Source of the DNA: Alphaproteobacteria bacterium
GTDB lineage: Bacteria > Pseudomonadota > Alphaproteobacteria > CAISOG01
DNA length: 64,000 nucleotides
Assembly (NCBI GenBank): GCA_044345375.1
Contig: JBIJBF010000003.1
Span: 18,089-82,088 of the forward strand
Direction: 5' to 3'
Part shown: one piece after another, positions 9,361-22,059 of the stretch
Layout: every line of letters begins with the position of its first letter
Numbering within the stretch: position 1 is the stretch's first letter
Notes under the pieces: model-generated
What the model was told of the DNA's origin: nothing
The model's database searches: none
What the model saw: only the letters and a program-made list of their open reading frames with translations
Translations under genes and position numbers: made by a program

Positions 9361-10938
9361 CTAAGGAACCAAGTGCACAACCAAAGATTGCCCACTCATT
9401 TCCGCAGGTTTGGCCAGCCCCATGATCGCCAAAATGCTGGGCGCAATATCGGCCAGCCCCGCCGCGCCATCGACAGCCCGTGCAGCCAAGCCAAGGCGAT
9501 GCTGGCCATCCACCAACACCAGCGGTACGGGATTGGTGGTATGCGCGGTGTGGACAACCCCGGTCTCCTCATCCACCATCATTTCCACATTGCCATGATC
9601 AGCGGTGATCAGCAGCACGCCGTTTTGCGCGGCAAGGGCAGATTCCAACTGTCCCACACAACGGTCCACCGCCTCAACCGCTGCCACCGCCGCGGCCAAA
9701 TTGCCGGTATGGCCCACCATGTCGCCATTGGCGTAATTCACCACAATCAGGCTGTAGGTGCCTTGCGCAATCGCGGCCACCAATTTTTCGGTGAGTTCTG
9801 GCGCCGACATTTCGGGCTGCAGATCATAGGTCGCCACCTTTGGCGATGGCACCAGCAACCGATCCTCGCCCTCGCTAGGCTCATCCCGCCCGCCGTTCAT
9901 GAAAAAGGTGACGTGCGGGTATTTTTCGGTCTCGGCGGCGCGCAGTTGCTTTAGCCCTGCGGCGGCGACCACTTCGCCCAAGCCGTTCACAATCGTTTCT
10001 TTCTGGAAAATCACGCTGTACAGCGCGTTCAGCGCGGGATCGCTGTAATATTCCACCAGCCCCGTCACGTCGCTGAATCGCACAGGATTCGGCCGCGCAA
10101 AATCGGTAAAGTTCGGGTCGATCAGGGCGCGCAGGATTTGCCGCACGCGGTCAGAACGGAAATTGCCGATCAGCAGGCCATCGCCAGCTTGGATGCCGGT
10201 ATAGCCATCCAGCACGGTGGGCAGCACAAATTCGTCGGTCAAGCCAGCCTGATAGGCGGCCTCAATCGCAGCCTGAGCATTGCTGGCCACCGCGCCCTGT
10301 GCCGCCACGATCGCCTGATAGGCTTTTTCCACGCGGTCCCAGCGGTTGTCGCGATCCATGCCGTAGTAACGCCCGCCCAGCGTTGCGATCCGCCAGCCCG
10401 TTACACCTTTTAGCTGCTGCTGAAATTGGCCCAGATAGCCAAGGGCGCTTTGCGGCGCGGTGTCGCGGCCATCCAGCTGGGCGTGGACATTCACGAAAAC
10501 GCCAGTGGCGGTGATGATCTTGATCAGGGCGACCAAGTGGTTTTGGTGGCTGTGCACCCCCCCGTCCGACAGCAAGCCGAACAGATGGATGGTGGGATTG
10601 TCGGGATTGGCGGCCTTAACCGCCGCAAGCTGCGCCAGCAGGATGGGGTTGCTGGCCAGGCTGCCGCCGCTAATCGCCTGATCGATGCGGGGCAAATCCT
10701 GATAGATCACCCGCCCGGCGCCAATCGTCATGTGCCCCACCTCAGAATTGCCCATTTGCCCGGCGGGCAGCCCCACATGCAGCTCAGAGGCCTGAATCAG
10801 CCCATGGGGATGGTTGGCGATGATGCGATCCCAATTGGGGGTGTTGGCCTGGGCGATTGCGTTGTTGGCCCCCTCCCTGCGATAGCCCCACCCATCCAGA
10901 ATACACAGCACCACAGGCGTCACGGGGGGCTTAGACAT
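9361..10938 (-). CDS. gpmI: 2,3-bisphosphoglycerate-independent phosphoglycerate mutase
   Basis: 525 aa with N-terminal VLCILDGWG, metal-binding DGRD and ADHGN motifs characteristic of iPGM. Confidence 0.85.
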   Translation of the reverse strand: MSKPPVTPVVLCILDGWGYRREGANNAIAQANTPNWDRIIANHPHGLIQASELHVGLPAGQMGNSEVGHMTIGAGRVIYQDLPRIDQAISGGSLASNPILLAQLAAVKAANPDNPTIHLFGLLSDGGVHSHQNHLVALIKIITATGVFVNVHAQLDGRDTAPQSALGYLGQFQQQLKGVTGWRIATLGGRYYGMDRDNRWDRVEKAYQAIVAAQGAVASNAQAAIEAAYQAGLTDEFVLPTVLDGYTGIQAGDGLLIGNFRSDRVRQILRALIDPNFTDFARPNPVRFSDVTGLVEYYSDPALNALYSVIFQKETIVNGLGEVVAAAGLKQLRAAETEKYPHVTFFMNGGRDEPSEGEDRLLVPSPKVATYDLQPEMSAPELTEKLVAAIAQGTYSLIVVNYANGDMVGHTGNLAAAVAAVEAVDRCVGQLESALAAQNGVLLITADHGNVEMMVDEETGVVHTAHTTNPVPLVLVDGQHRLGLAARAVDGAAGLADIAPSILAIMGLAKPAEMSGQSLVVHLVP

Positions 10939-11177
10939 CGCATCGCATCCATCAATCAGGGTTTTAACTTGCGCCGACGCTAACGCAAAACCGGGCGCTG
11001 TTCAACTGGGTCAACACGCGGTGGCAGCGGTTTGGCGGCCGGTTTTGGCGATGGCTCGGGGTGACGAGCGGTGAAATCTTTAATTTAAAGTCAAAAATTT
11101 GAAACACTATTGACATAAAAACAAAAATTAACAACAATTAAACGTTTATTGTTAACTTTTATTTGTTTAAGGTAATT

Positions 11178-13001
11178 ATGATGAGTTTTAAAGTTCCGAA
11201 TTGGGTTACAAGGGCGGCCTTAAGTTTCGCAACGGTAGCGACGGTTTTCGTTAGTGGTGGTTCAGCGCTTGGGCAGGTGGCGGAGGCACAGCTGAATCCA
11301 GGGGATCTGCCACAGGGTACGACACCAACGTCAGAAATGGTTGAGGTTTCGACGGCGACGGCAGGGAATGCGGCGACGCCAGAGAAGCCTGAGGATGTGA
11401 TCACCGAACAAGCAATCGCAACTTTTGCAACAGATCAAAGGCTGCCAAGTTATGATGTTCAGGTGGTGGATCTGGCGATGACAGAAGTTGCGGCCAAATC
11501 AGTTGTGCAAGAACCCGTGCCGCAAGGGGGGGATATTGGTCAAGAATCAACAGTAATAGAAGAGAGTGGTGCATCCGGTGCAGCCTTATTGGGGGGTGAT
11601 ATTGCGCTTGGTTTGAACACTGGTGCTTCAAACTACAGCCTGCCACCACCAGCATTATCGGCAAAACCGGTTGTTTTGGCGAATAATTCCCAAACAAACA
11701 GTGCGCCCACAGATGTTGTTGAGGGTGTAACTTTTCGTCAACAAGCATTCATAACCCAACCAGAAAATGTTTCCGTAACAAGGTCTCCCGTGGTTACGGG
11801 TTTGGAAACAAAGATAGAGAAGCAGGTTGTTCCAGTATCATACACTGTTACACAACCAGGCGTAATAAGCGAGGTAATAGTCGGTCGGCCGGGTAATTTT
11901 AATGATTTTCCAAAAGCAATACAAGATCTTGCGGGAAAAATTCAGCAAAATGTTAAAAATCCTGATTTAAATACTATAAAAAGATATTTTGAAAACAACA
12001 TTTCGCCGCAAATTCAGATAGATGTTAGTAAGGTTATTGCTGAAGATCCAAGTATAATTAATAAATTAACGCAAGAACTACAATCTAAGCAAACAAAAAT
12101 TATTGTATCAACAGCATCTAAAACAAATTCTATAACAAAATACGAGGAAGTAGATATAATTAATACGATACCTGTGATTGGAGAACTAAAAATAACAAAT
12201 TTAACTACGGAAAAAGATCGAGTTAATTTATCTTGGCAAAACTCAAATATGGTACGATTGGGAGCAGTCGGTTTTGGTCCATATGGGAGTGCTGGGGAAC
12301 GAAATTTTGCTTTTCGCAGTGTGGCCGCAATAGATAATGTTATCTATGACCAAAGGTTTACTGGAATTAATCTTCCAACTGGTGAGCTGGGTGTTGCCGG
12401 ACAGTTGCCCTTAGGCAAGGAAACCACCGCTTTTTGGAGGGTTGGTGCAGATATAGTGGCGCCATTTTCACAAAAAAAGGTAACATCCACGATTCCTTTT
12501 AGCACAGCGCTCTCGATCGAGAATGTCAGCGGGTCTAAGGTTTTTATTGGAATCGAACCTGGATATGCAATTAACCCTAAGCTTACAAGCGGCGCCCAAA
12601 ACTTGACGCAGGCTAAAACGGCCGTTAATGCTGGGTTTGTGTGGAAATTAGGAACCGTTGGTTCTCTTAACGATCTCACCCTCGGAGGATCATTGGGCGA
12701 AATAGGAGAAAGTTTAGGTGCAGGCGGTGGGCGATACATTGAAGTTAATATGAGTGCCGTTTTTGGTGCCGCTGCTTCTGGTTCCTCGGGAAGAACGCCA
12801 TGGGCTAAACGGCAGCAGCAGCAGGCAATACAATTTATACAAGTTAAAATGTTTCCTGAAAACACTTTTGCATATGTTGGGTTTGAGCCTAAACCATTAA
12901 CTGACAAACTAAATACGCCAGAAAAAAAAGATGATATCACAGATATGGAGATGTACCGTATTTACAGCAGTCTGTCTCCTGTGGGCACTGCGAGCAGATA
13001 A
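11178..13001 (+). CDS. Secreted low-complexity surface or outer-membrane protein of unknown function (composition differs from its surroundings)
   Basis: ATG at 11178 preceded by an AAGG ribosome-binding site. Signal-peptide-like N-terminus (SFKVPNWVTRAALSFATVATVFVSGGSALGQVAEA). N-terminal third is rich in A/G/T/V/P. The middle of the gene (about 11880-12350) is strongly AT-rich with an N/K/I-rich translation. C-terminal half is Gly-rich and predicted beta-rich. AT-rich promoter region with TTGACA lies upstream, and a strong terminator follows. Confidence 0.5.
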   Translation: MMSFKVPNWVTRAALSFATVATVFVSGGSALGQVAEAQLNPGDLPQGTTPTSEMVEVSTATAGNAATPEKPEDVITEQAIATFATDQRLPSYDVQVVDLAMTEVAAKSVVQEPVPQGGDIGQESTVIEESGASGAALLGGDIALGLNTGASNYSLPPPALSAKPVVLANNSQTNSAPTDVVEGVTFRQQAFITQPENVSVTRSPVVTGLETKIEKQVVPVSYTVTQPGVISEVIVGRPGNFNDFPKAIQDLAGKIQQNVKNPDLNTIKRYFENNISPQIQIDVSKVIAEDPSIINKLTQELQSKQTKIIVSTASKTNSITKYEEVDIINTIPVIGELKITNLTTEKDRVNLSWQNSNMVRLGAVGFGPYGSAGERNFAFRSVAAIDNVIYDQRFTGINLPTGELGVAGQLPLGKETTAFWRVGADIVAPFSQKKVTSTIPFSTALSIENVSGSKVFIGIEPGYAINPKLTSGAQNLTQAKTAVNAGFVWKLGTVGSLNDLTLGGSLGEIGESLGAGGGRYIEVNMSAVFGAAASGSSGRTPWAKRQQQQAIQFIQVKMFPENTFAYVGFEPKPLTDKLNTPEKKDDITDMEMYRIYSSLSPVGTASR

Positions 13002-13013
13002 CCCCACACCCAA

Positions 13014-13063
13014 CTCCCCCCCCCTGTTCTGCCGTTAAAAGCAGGGCAGGGGGGTTTTTTTAA
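13014..13063 (+). terminator. Rho-independent terminator of the 612-aa gene
   Basis: cccccccctgttctgc-cgttaaaa-gcagggcagggggg GC-rich hairpin followed by a run of seven T. Confidence 0.75.
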
Positions 13064-13086
13064 AAGGGTCTATATTTGTGATGGAC

Positions 13087-13136
13087 AACCACCCCGTCAG
13101 GCTGCGCCTGCCACCCCTCCGCGGGAGGGGAATAGG
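13087..13136 (+). repeat. REP-like element, copy 2
   Basis: accaccccgtcaggctgcgcctgccacccctccgcgggaggggaataggg, sitting between convergent genes. Confidence 0.8.
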
Positions 13137-13168
13137 GTTGAACCCGCCCAAGGAGGAGAATTAAAAAC

Positions 13169-15592
<2,424 letters not shown>

Positions 15593-15600
15593 GGGGGGCG

Positions 15601-16488
15601 GTGATGAACATAAAACGGCTTACGACAGCAGATGTTGGGATATTGGAACAGTATTTGGCGCCCTATCAGGCGGAATGCATGTATATTTGCAGCAATATCA
15701 AAGCTGGCGGCATGGAATATGCGGGCCAGGATTTTCAAGGCGAGTATTTCGGCTGTTTTCGCGGCAGTTCAGAAGATTTGGATGGCGTTTTGGTGCATTA
15801 TTGGAACGGCAACATCATGATGTATGCGTCTGACACCCAAGTGTTAGAGCAACTGGTTGTGTTCTTCAAAACTTACGCAACCCGTCCCGTGGTCGGGGTT
15901 CTTGGCCCTGATAGGCAAGCAGAATATGTGGTGAATAGCCTTGGTCTGCAACATGCGGCCTTCGCGAGTAATCGGAATGAAGGCTTATACGAACTGGATC
16001 TAAAGAATTTGGGGGCGATCAAGCTGCCGAATGATGTTGCTGTTGTCAGCATGCAAGATGTTTCAATGGATTTGTTGCTGCAGTGGCGTCGTGCCTATGC
16101 CATTGAGGCATTGGGGGCAGATAATGACAGCGCTCTTGAAAAACGGGTTGCCGAAGAGGTTGATCGACAGATTCGTGGGCAGGATTGTTGGGTTTTGCTG
16201 GCGGGGGGAGTTCCCGTATCCCTAAGCGGTTTTAATGCGCGCCTAGCAGAGGTGGTGCAGGTGGGACCTGTGTGGACACCGCCAGAGCACCGCAACCAAG
16301 GCTTTGCCCGGCTGTTGTTGGCTTGGGTGTTGGCTCAAGCAAAAACCAAGGGCACCAAAAAGGCGATATTGTTCACCGATACGCCAGCGGGCATCAAAGC
16401 CTATCGCGCGATAGGCTTTGAAAAGATTGGTGAGTACCGTTTGGCTCTGTTGAAAAAGCCTGTTCATTTGGCTGCCCCCGCCGCCTAA
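15601..16488 (+). CDS. GNAT-family N-acetyltransferase
   Basis: The C-terminal half carries a GNAT core (QGFARLLLAWVLAQAKTKGTKKAILFTD...AYRAIGF). The N-terminal domain is of unknown function. Confidence 0.5.
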   Translation: MMNIKRLTTADVGILEQYLAPYQAECMYICSNIKAGGMEYAGQDFQGEYFGCFRGSSEDLDGVLVHYWNGNIMMYASDTQVLEQLVVFFKTYATRPVVGVLGPDRQAEYVVNSLGLQHAAFASNRNEGLYELDLKNLGAIKLPNDVAVVSMQDVSMDLLLQWRRAYAIEALGADNDSALEKRVAEEVDRQIRGQDCWVLLAGGVPVSLSGFNARLAEVVQVGPVWTPPEHRNQGFARLLLAWVLAQAKTKGTKKAILFTDTPAGIKAYRAIGFEKIGEYRLALLKKPVHLAAPAA

Positions 16489-16536
16489 GCTTTAAGGTAG
16501 GCTTAGGCGGCGGGGGATCTCAGCTAAGAAAGGGCG

Positions 16537-18411
16537 TTAACTCCCCTGGCGACGCAGAAAGGCTGGGATTTCCAGATCCTTTGATGGATTGCCAGACGAA
16601 GGGTTGGGGGCAGCGCCCTGTGGAGAGGCGGCTGCGCCACCGTCATTGGCTCCGCCAAAACTGGGCTCAACCCCTGCTGGTTGCCCTGAACCCGCTGGAT
16701 TACGGCCTAAACGTGGGAAAGCCGCGTTGGTAACCCGCTCAAATAGACTGGGAGAGCGCCCGTGCAGATCATCGTTATAGGCTTGTTCGTCATGGTTGCC
16801 TTGGGCTGGCGCTGCCTGCTGATGGGCAGCCGATGGACGTGCACTGCTGGGCATGATGCGCGGTTCGGTTGCGGCGGGTGGGATAAAGGGATCATCCACC
16901 TGCGGCAAGCCGCGCTTAATCGGCGCAACATTGGCCGCGGCTGGTTGGGGCGCAGGGGATGGCCGTTCAGCGGCTTGTCTGCCCTCAGCATAGCCTTGGT
17001 TTTGTGAGCCTTGATTCTGCTGGCCACCAACGATCTCATCCCACCCCTCATCAGCGGCATGCGTGTAGCCAGATTGTGCGGATTCTCCACGGTTTGCCCC
17101 TTCACGATTGGTCTGGGCCACCCGTTCTGCAAAGCCGCTGACCGCACCAGTGTTGGCGGGTTGACGGGCGCCAAAGTCGGGCTGACGCGGTTCATTGGCT
17201 GGACTAGGCGCTGGCGCAGCAGTCTGCCCATGTGCTTGCTCGGGCGGAAAATCGCCGTAAGCACTGGGGCGATAGCCACGGGAAGAGGCGCCGCTGCTGG
17301 GTTGCTGAGACGCCTGCTGTTGCATTTGCGGTTGAAAATTGGGTTGAATGGGGGCGGCGGCTGCAGCTGGCCTGCGGAATGCTGGCGCAACATTGCCCGA
17401 AAAGTCGGTGTCGCCAATCGCACCTGGGCCACGATGGGTGGCCTCAATACCGGTTGCCACCACCGAAATGCGGATTTTGCCCGCCAGTTTTTCATCAAAG
17501 GTGGCCCCAAAGATGATGTTGGCGTTTGGATCCACCTCCTCCCGAATGCGGTTGGCGGCTTGGTCGGCCTCAAACAGGGTCATATCCAACGCGCCGGAAA
17601 CATGAATCAGGATGCCTTTGGCACCGCGCATCGACACATCATCCAACAGGGGGTTGGAAATCGCCGCCTCGGCCGCGCGAATGGCGCGATCAGCCCCATC
17701 GGCCTCACCCGTGCCCATCATCGCCTTGCCCATCTCGCTCATCACCGTGCGGATGTCGGCAAAGTCAAGATTGATCATGCCAGGCATCATAATCAGATCG
17801 GTAATGCCGCGCACCCCCTGGTACAGCACGTTATCGGCGGTGCGGAACGCATCCATAAAGGTGGTTTGTTCGTCGGCAATGCGAAACAGATTTTGGTTGG
17901 GAACGATGATCAGCGTGTCAACAAACTGCTGCATCTCCTCAATCCCAGCCTCAGCCAGGCGCATCCGGTGGGCGCCCTCAAAATGAAACGGCTTGGTGAC
18001 CACCCCAACGGTTAGAATGCCCTGTTCCCGTGCCGCGCGCGCAATTACGGGGGCAGCGCCGGTGCCGGTTCCGCCGCCCATCCCCGCGGTGATAAAGACC
18101 ATGTCGTAGCCCTGAATCGCCTCCAACACATCCACAATCGCCTCCTCAGCCGCCTCACGCCCAACATCAGGGCGGGCACCAGCGCCAAGACCCTTGGTGC
18201 GTTTGGTTCCCAGCTGCATCCGCAAGGGAGCCTTGGATTGCGACAGGGTTTGCGCGTCGGTGTTGGCCACCACAAAGTCCACCCCCTCAAGATTCAGGCG
18301 GATCATGTTGTCAACGGCGTTGGTACCACCGCCACCCACACCAACCACGGCGAGACGAGGTTTCAGCTCACCTTGAGCGTCAGGAATATTCAGATTCAAT
18401 GACATGGACAC
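16537..18411 (-). CDS. ftsZ: Cell division GTPase FtsZ with a long disordered C-terminal linker
   Basis: GGGTGTG tubulin signature, [13 protein letters not shown] and NTDAQ motifs. About 300 aa of P/Q/A-rich linker before the conserved C-terminal peptide ([11 protein letters not shown]), as is usual in alphaproteobacteria. No ftsA or ftsQ adjacent. Confidence 0.9.
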   Translation of the reverse strand: MSMSLNLNIPDAQGELKPRLAVVGVGGGGTNAVDNMIRLNLEGVDFVVANTDAQTLSQSKAPLRMQLGTKRTKGLGAGARPDVGREAAEEAIVDVLEAIQGYDMVFITAGMGGGTGTGAAPVIARAAREQGILTVGVVTKPFHFEGAHRMRLAEAGIEEMQQFVDTLIIVPNQNLFRIADEQTTFMDAFRTADNVLYQGVRGITDLIMMPGMINLDFADIRTVMSEMGKAMMGTGEADGADRAIRAAEAAISNPLLDDVSMRGAKGILIHVSGALDMTLFEADQAANRIREEVDPNANIIFGATFDEKLAGKIRISVVATGIEATHRGPGAIGDTDFSGNVAPAFRRPAAAAAPIQPNFQPQMQQQASQQPSSGASSRGYRPSAYGDFPPEQAHGQTAAPAPSPANEPRQPDFGARQPANTGAVSGFAERVAQTNREGANRGESAQSGYTHAADEGWDEIVGGQQNQGSQNQGYAEGRQAAERPSPAPQPAAANVAPIKRGLPQVDDPFIPPAATEPRIMPSSARPSAAHQQAAPAQGNHDEQAYNDDLHGRSPSLFERVTNAAFPRLGRNPAGSGQPAGVEPSFGGANDGGAAASPQGAAPNPSSGNPSKDLEIPAFLRRQGS

Positions 18412-18586
18412 GGGCGAAACCCCCTAAAATGATATATGGATGGAAACCAAAAACGGCCAAAGCAGTGTCGTTAAGCCTTTTTAGCAACAGCATTAGTTAT
18501 CCAACGAATTTTGCTGATGTTCAATCGCTTTGTAAAGCAAAAGTCGGATGAAATTTTTTTGAGACCTTTGCGCGGAGGTTTTTAGG

Positions 18587-20344
18587 TTAGAGGTTGCGAC
18601 TAGCCAATTGGACAGAAGCTTTTTCCCACAGCTTTTCTAAAGTGCTACACGGGTACACATAGAAAGCTTTATGGATCTGAGAGATAGCGCTTGAGCTAGG
18701 CAGATTGCGGCCGTATGGCGCGTCGTTATCAGAATCGTCTAAAACTTTGGTCAGCAAACCTAAGCAGACCATAGCTGGGTTTGCTTTCATGTGTTCGTTT
18801 GTATCGCGGTCTTGGGATACAACAATTTCCCATAAATTTTTATAGTCGATCTGAGAAGATGTGGCATTCACTGGCCATGCATCAGCGAAATTACACCCAA
18901 CTGGAGGAACAAAAGCATCATCCCTAAGTTCCTCGTAAGCCTGCGCAAGCAGCTCACGCAAGGCGGTAAAAACCTCTGGTTCCTTTACCCATGGTATAAG
19001 CGTTTCAAGCGCTGTACAGCGAATGATAAAACATTCTGGCTTATCATTGGGATCATCATTTTGGATGACCTCAATCATTGCGCTGCGAACCTCAGGGTGC
19101 TCTCCGTAAGGTATAAGGGATTTTGCTGCTGCTTCGCGAACCCATAAATCATCGTCAGTTTTTAGGGCTTCAATCAGTGCGCTCCTGGCTTCAGGATACT
19201 CTCCGTAAAATTTAAGGGATTCTGCCGCTGCGTGGCGAACACAGAAATCCGGATCGGTTTGCAGTGTCTCAATCAGTGCGCGGGCAGCCCAACGACTAGG
19301 CGTTTTGGGGCGCGAAAAAGCGTGAGCCGCTTGCGTGCGAAGCCAAAGATTCTTACTGTTCTGCATGATGTCAACAAGTACGCATTCAACCCCCGGATAG
19401 GTGTTGTAACGCGTAAGAGCTTTAATCGCTGCTTCGCGCACCGACCAATCCCGATCCTTCTGCGCCGTGTGCAACAGTTGATCGATAGCTTGGTCATCCT
19501 TATCTCCGTAATAAGCAAGGAATTCAACCGCTTCCTTGCGTTCCCACGTATGATACTCTTCTGCGCCTATCCACGGAGCATAATAAGAACCATTCACTAT
19601 GTTGATCAGTTCCTTGATAGCCTGATCGGTATAATCTTCGAACCGCCTAAGGGATTCAGCCACCTTTTCGCGAATCCATGTTTTCTCCTCCCTATTCCCC
19701 AGTATCTTAAGCAATTCTTGGGCAACCAACTTATCTTGAGGTGGGTAAGGCGCAAGAGCGTCAATTACTGCGTCAACCAACAGCGTCTCCTCACGCTCAT
19801 ATTTCAGTATCTCAAGCAGTGCGGGGGTAACCTCAGGATAATTTCTAAGATTTTCAAGCGATCTAGCCACTTCTAAGCGAATCCAGATTTCCTTATCTTT
19901 GTTTTTTAGTATTTCAAGCCGTTCGCTGAGAGACAGATCATCCAGCTTCAAAGGTTCAGTCGTTGTTAGGTTAATTGGGGGGTAAAGCTTTGTGTATGTA
20001 TAATTCATTGTTTTAAGTAGTTCAGGGATGCTTTGAAGATCATTTTGAAAGTTTGCGAAAAATTTGGCCGCTTCCGTGACAGCCGATGACGGTAACGTAG
20101 GGCCAGACTGTTGGATTAAATCCTCAAGATGCTGTTGGTGTTGATTTCTCGGTTTAGCGGGTTCATTCCTTTGATTGTAAAGTTTTGTATATGTATCATT
20201 GAGTGCTTGAAGCAGTTCAGGGATAATCTGAGGATCATTTTGAATTTTTGCGAAAAATTTGGCTGCTTCCGTGATGGCCCATGGCCGCAACTTAGGATCC
20301 GACTGCTGGATTAAAGCCTCAACCTGTTGGTGTTGATTTTTCAT
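18587..20344 (-). CDS. HEAT/PBS-lyase repeat protein (eukaryote-like repeat protein) with an N-terminal tandem duplication
   Basis: Low-GC gene. Repeated E/PEVRxAAxxALxxYG HEAT-like units, and two N-terminal copies of about 65 aa (NQHQQ..TEAAKFFA..IPELL..YTKLY). I prefer the start at 20344, which has an AGGAAAA ribosome-binding site, over the ATG at 20365. Confidence 0.6.
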   Translation of the reverse strand: MKNQHQQVEALIQQSDPKLRPWAITEAAKFFAKIQNDPQIIPELLQALNDTYTKLYNQRNEPAKPRNQHQQHLEDLIQQSGPTLPSSAVTEAAKFFANFQNDLQSIPELLKTMNYTYTKLYPPINLTTTEPLKLDDLSLSERLEILKNKDKEIWIRLEVARSLENLRNYPEVTPALLEILKYEREETLLVDAVIDALAPYPPQDKLVAQELLKILGNREEKTWIREKVAESLRRFEDYTDQAIKELINIVNGSYYAPWIGAEEYHTWERKEAVEFLAYYGDKDDQAIDQLLHTAQKDRDWSVREAAIKALTRYNTYPGVECVLVDIMQNSKNLWLRTQAAHAFSRPKTPSRWAARALIETLQTDPDFCVRHAAAESLKFYGEYPEARSALIEALKTDDDLWVREAAAKSLIPYGEHPEVRSAMIEVIQNDDPNDKPECFIIRCTALETLIPWVKEPEVFTALRELLAQAYEELRDDAFVPPVGCNFADAWPVNATSSQIDYKNLWEIVVSQDRDTNEHMKANPAMVCLGLLTKVLDDSDNDAPYGRNLPSSSAISQIHKAFYVYPCSTLEKLWEKASVQLASRNL

Positions 20345-20648
20345 ATTTTTTCCTGATTTGTTCATAATGCGTAAACAAACTTATTGATAGATTCAATATA
20401 TTACAATACATAATATTTACATATTTAAGGGGCTTATTTGTTTGGCTTGCTGCCCTATAGAAAACCAACCCTGTGGCTGTTGCGGCGGCGTTGGGCTCGT
20501 GGATAGTCGCTAAAGCGTACGAGCAAAGCGCCTTAGCCGCAGTGTTGCAGACGGGGCGGTAAGAATCTTGCGTAATGTCTTGCCAAAGCAGGTCAAGATG
20601 GGGTAACTGTTAAAAAGTTTCCCTAGTTATTGCATTGGATTTTTTTCT

Positions 20649-21458
20649 ATGCCTTTGATTTTTCGTAATTTTCGCGTCTGTGTTTCCGTTATTTCGTTGA
20701 CCGCTGGTCTGTTGGCCTCAGCCTCCTTGGTGGCGCATGCTGATATTCAGCAGGGTTTGACCGCCTATCAGGCGGGGGACTATGCCGCGGCCATTCAGCA
20801 GTTTGAGCCTTTGGCATCTAAGGGCAATCCATCCGCGCAATACGCGCTGGCGGTGATTTATGTTAAGGGGCAGGGGGTTGCGGCCAATCCTGAACGGGCG
20901 GCGATTTTGTTTGAACAGGCGGCCAGCCAAGGGCACACCCCATCCGCCTTGGCGATTGGGGTGATGTATGCGCGTGGGGTTGGGGTGGCGCCTGACTACG
21001 CCAAGGCTCTGGTGTTTTTGGACAAGGCCGCGGCAACGGGCAGCGCGCAGGCCAAAAGCAATTTGGCCGATCTGTACCGTGAGGGGTTGGGCACAACCCG
21101 TGATTTGCGCAGGGCGGCGACCTTGTACCGTGAGGCGGCTGAGGCGGGGGATGCCAACGCGCAGTACAACTATGGAGTGCTAAGCGCCATTGGGATCGGC
21201 ACCACGCAAAATTGGCCTGAGGCTTACGCGTATTTGAGCCTTGCGGCCTATCAGAATTCGGCTGAGGCCAAGGATGTGTTAACCAGCATCACCGGTTTGA
21301 TCAGCCCTGAGGATTTGGCGGCGGGCAAACAGATGGTTGCCACCAAGAATCCTAAAGCGGCTGAGGCTTTTGCTGAGAAGGCTCCGGTTGCGGCTGAGGA
21401 TTTGGCGGCGGGTGAAAAATCGGCCGATGAAAAACCCGCCAAGAAAAAACGCCATTAG
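20649..21458 (+). CDS. Sel1-repeat (TPR-like) secreted protein
   Basis: Signal peptide, then at least five Sel1-like 36-aa repeats (AQYALAVIYVKGQGV..., ALAIGVMYARGVGV..., KSNLADLYREGLG..., QYNYGVLSAIGIG...), followed by a charged C-terminal tail. Confidence 0.7.
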   Translation: MPLIFRNFRVCVSVISLTAGLLASASLVAHADIQQGLTAYQAGDYAAAIQQFEPLASKGNPSAQYALAVIYVKGQGVAANPERAAILFEQAASQGHTPSALAIGVMYARGVGVAPDYAKALVFLDKAAATGSAQAKSNLADLYREGLGTTRDLRRAATLYREAAEAGDANAQYNYGVLSAIGIGTTQNWPEAYAYLSLAAYQNSAEAKDVLTSITGLISPEDLAAGKQMVATKNPKAAEAFAEKAPVAAEDLAAGEKSADEKPAKKKRH

Positions 21459-21496
21459 TTTCCTGCAGAGAGGACGGCAGAATTGGGGATTGGCTA

Positions 21497-22033
21497 TTGA
21501 TGGCGCCGTTGATTCTGCCCTTTGCGGGCAAACAACCCGTGATCGATCCGAACAGCTTTGTGGCGGCAAACGCCAGCGTGATTGGTGACGTGCAAATTGG
21601 CGCGGAAAGCAGCCTGTGGTTTGGGGTGGTGCTGCGCGGCGATGTCAACCGCATTCAAATTGGCCGGCAGACCAACATTCAGGATGGCACCGTGGTGCAT
21701 GTCTCCTCAGGCTCTTTAGGCGTGGTGGCGCGCCCAACCACGATTGGTGATCGGGTTACGGTGGGGCATGCCGCGATTTTGCATGCCTGCGAGCTCCAGG
21801 ATGAGGCCTATGTGGGCATGGGTGCGGTGGTGTTGGATGGCGCGGTGGTGGAAGGCGGCGGCTTTTTGGCGGCTGGCGCTCTGTTAACCTCTGGCAAGGT
21901 GGTGCGGCGCGGCGAGCTGTGGGCCGGCAACCCCGCCAAACTGCTCCGCCCCCTGCGGCCTGAGGAGTCGGCCTTTATCCCCCAATCCGCCGCCCATTAC
22001 TGGCAATTGGCGCTGGCGCATAAAAACGGTTAG
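21497..22033 (+). CDS. Gamma-class carbonic anhydrase / hexapeptide-repeat family protein (YrdA/PaaY-like)
   Basis: The pattern IDPNSFVAANASVIGDVQIGAESSLWFGVVLRGDVNRIQIGRQTNIQDGTVVHV is typical of gamma-CA-like left-handed beta-helix proteins. Confidence 0.8.
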   Translation: MMAPLILPFAGKQPVIDPNSFVAANASVIGDVQIGAESSLWFGVVLRGDVNRIQIGRQTNIQDGTVVHVSSGSLGVVARPTTIGDRVTVGHAAILHACELQDEAYVGMGAVVLDGAVVEGGGFLAAGALLTSGKVVRRGELWAGNPAKLLRPLRPEESAFIPQSAAHYWQLALAHKNG

Positions 22034-22059
22034 GCCGTTAAAGATATCCTACAAGTTGA

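Noticed and set aside
11100-11165. Possible CtrA half-site pairs (TTAA-N7-TTAAC) in the AT-rich DNA upstream of the 612-aa gene and at 43240-43283
   Set aside because: TTAA-containing strings are frequent in AT-rich DNA. No exact spacing match could be found by eye.
16707-18015. Several long ORFs (288 aa, 334 aa, 124 aa and others) overlapping ftsZ on both strands
   Set aside because: These are typical high-GC antisense or alternative-frame artefacts. FtsZ motifs unambiguously define the real frame, and the products are Arg/Pro-rich low-complexity translations.
18412-20648. Looked for tRNA or tmRNA genes in the longer intergenic regions (18412-18586, 20366-20648, 46431-46523, 49160-49329)
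   Set aside because: No acceptor or T-arm consensus (GGTTCGAATCC-like) or cloverleaf could be traced. Only local hairpins are present.
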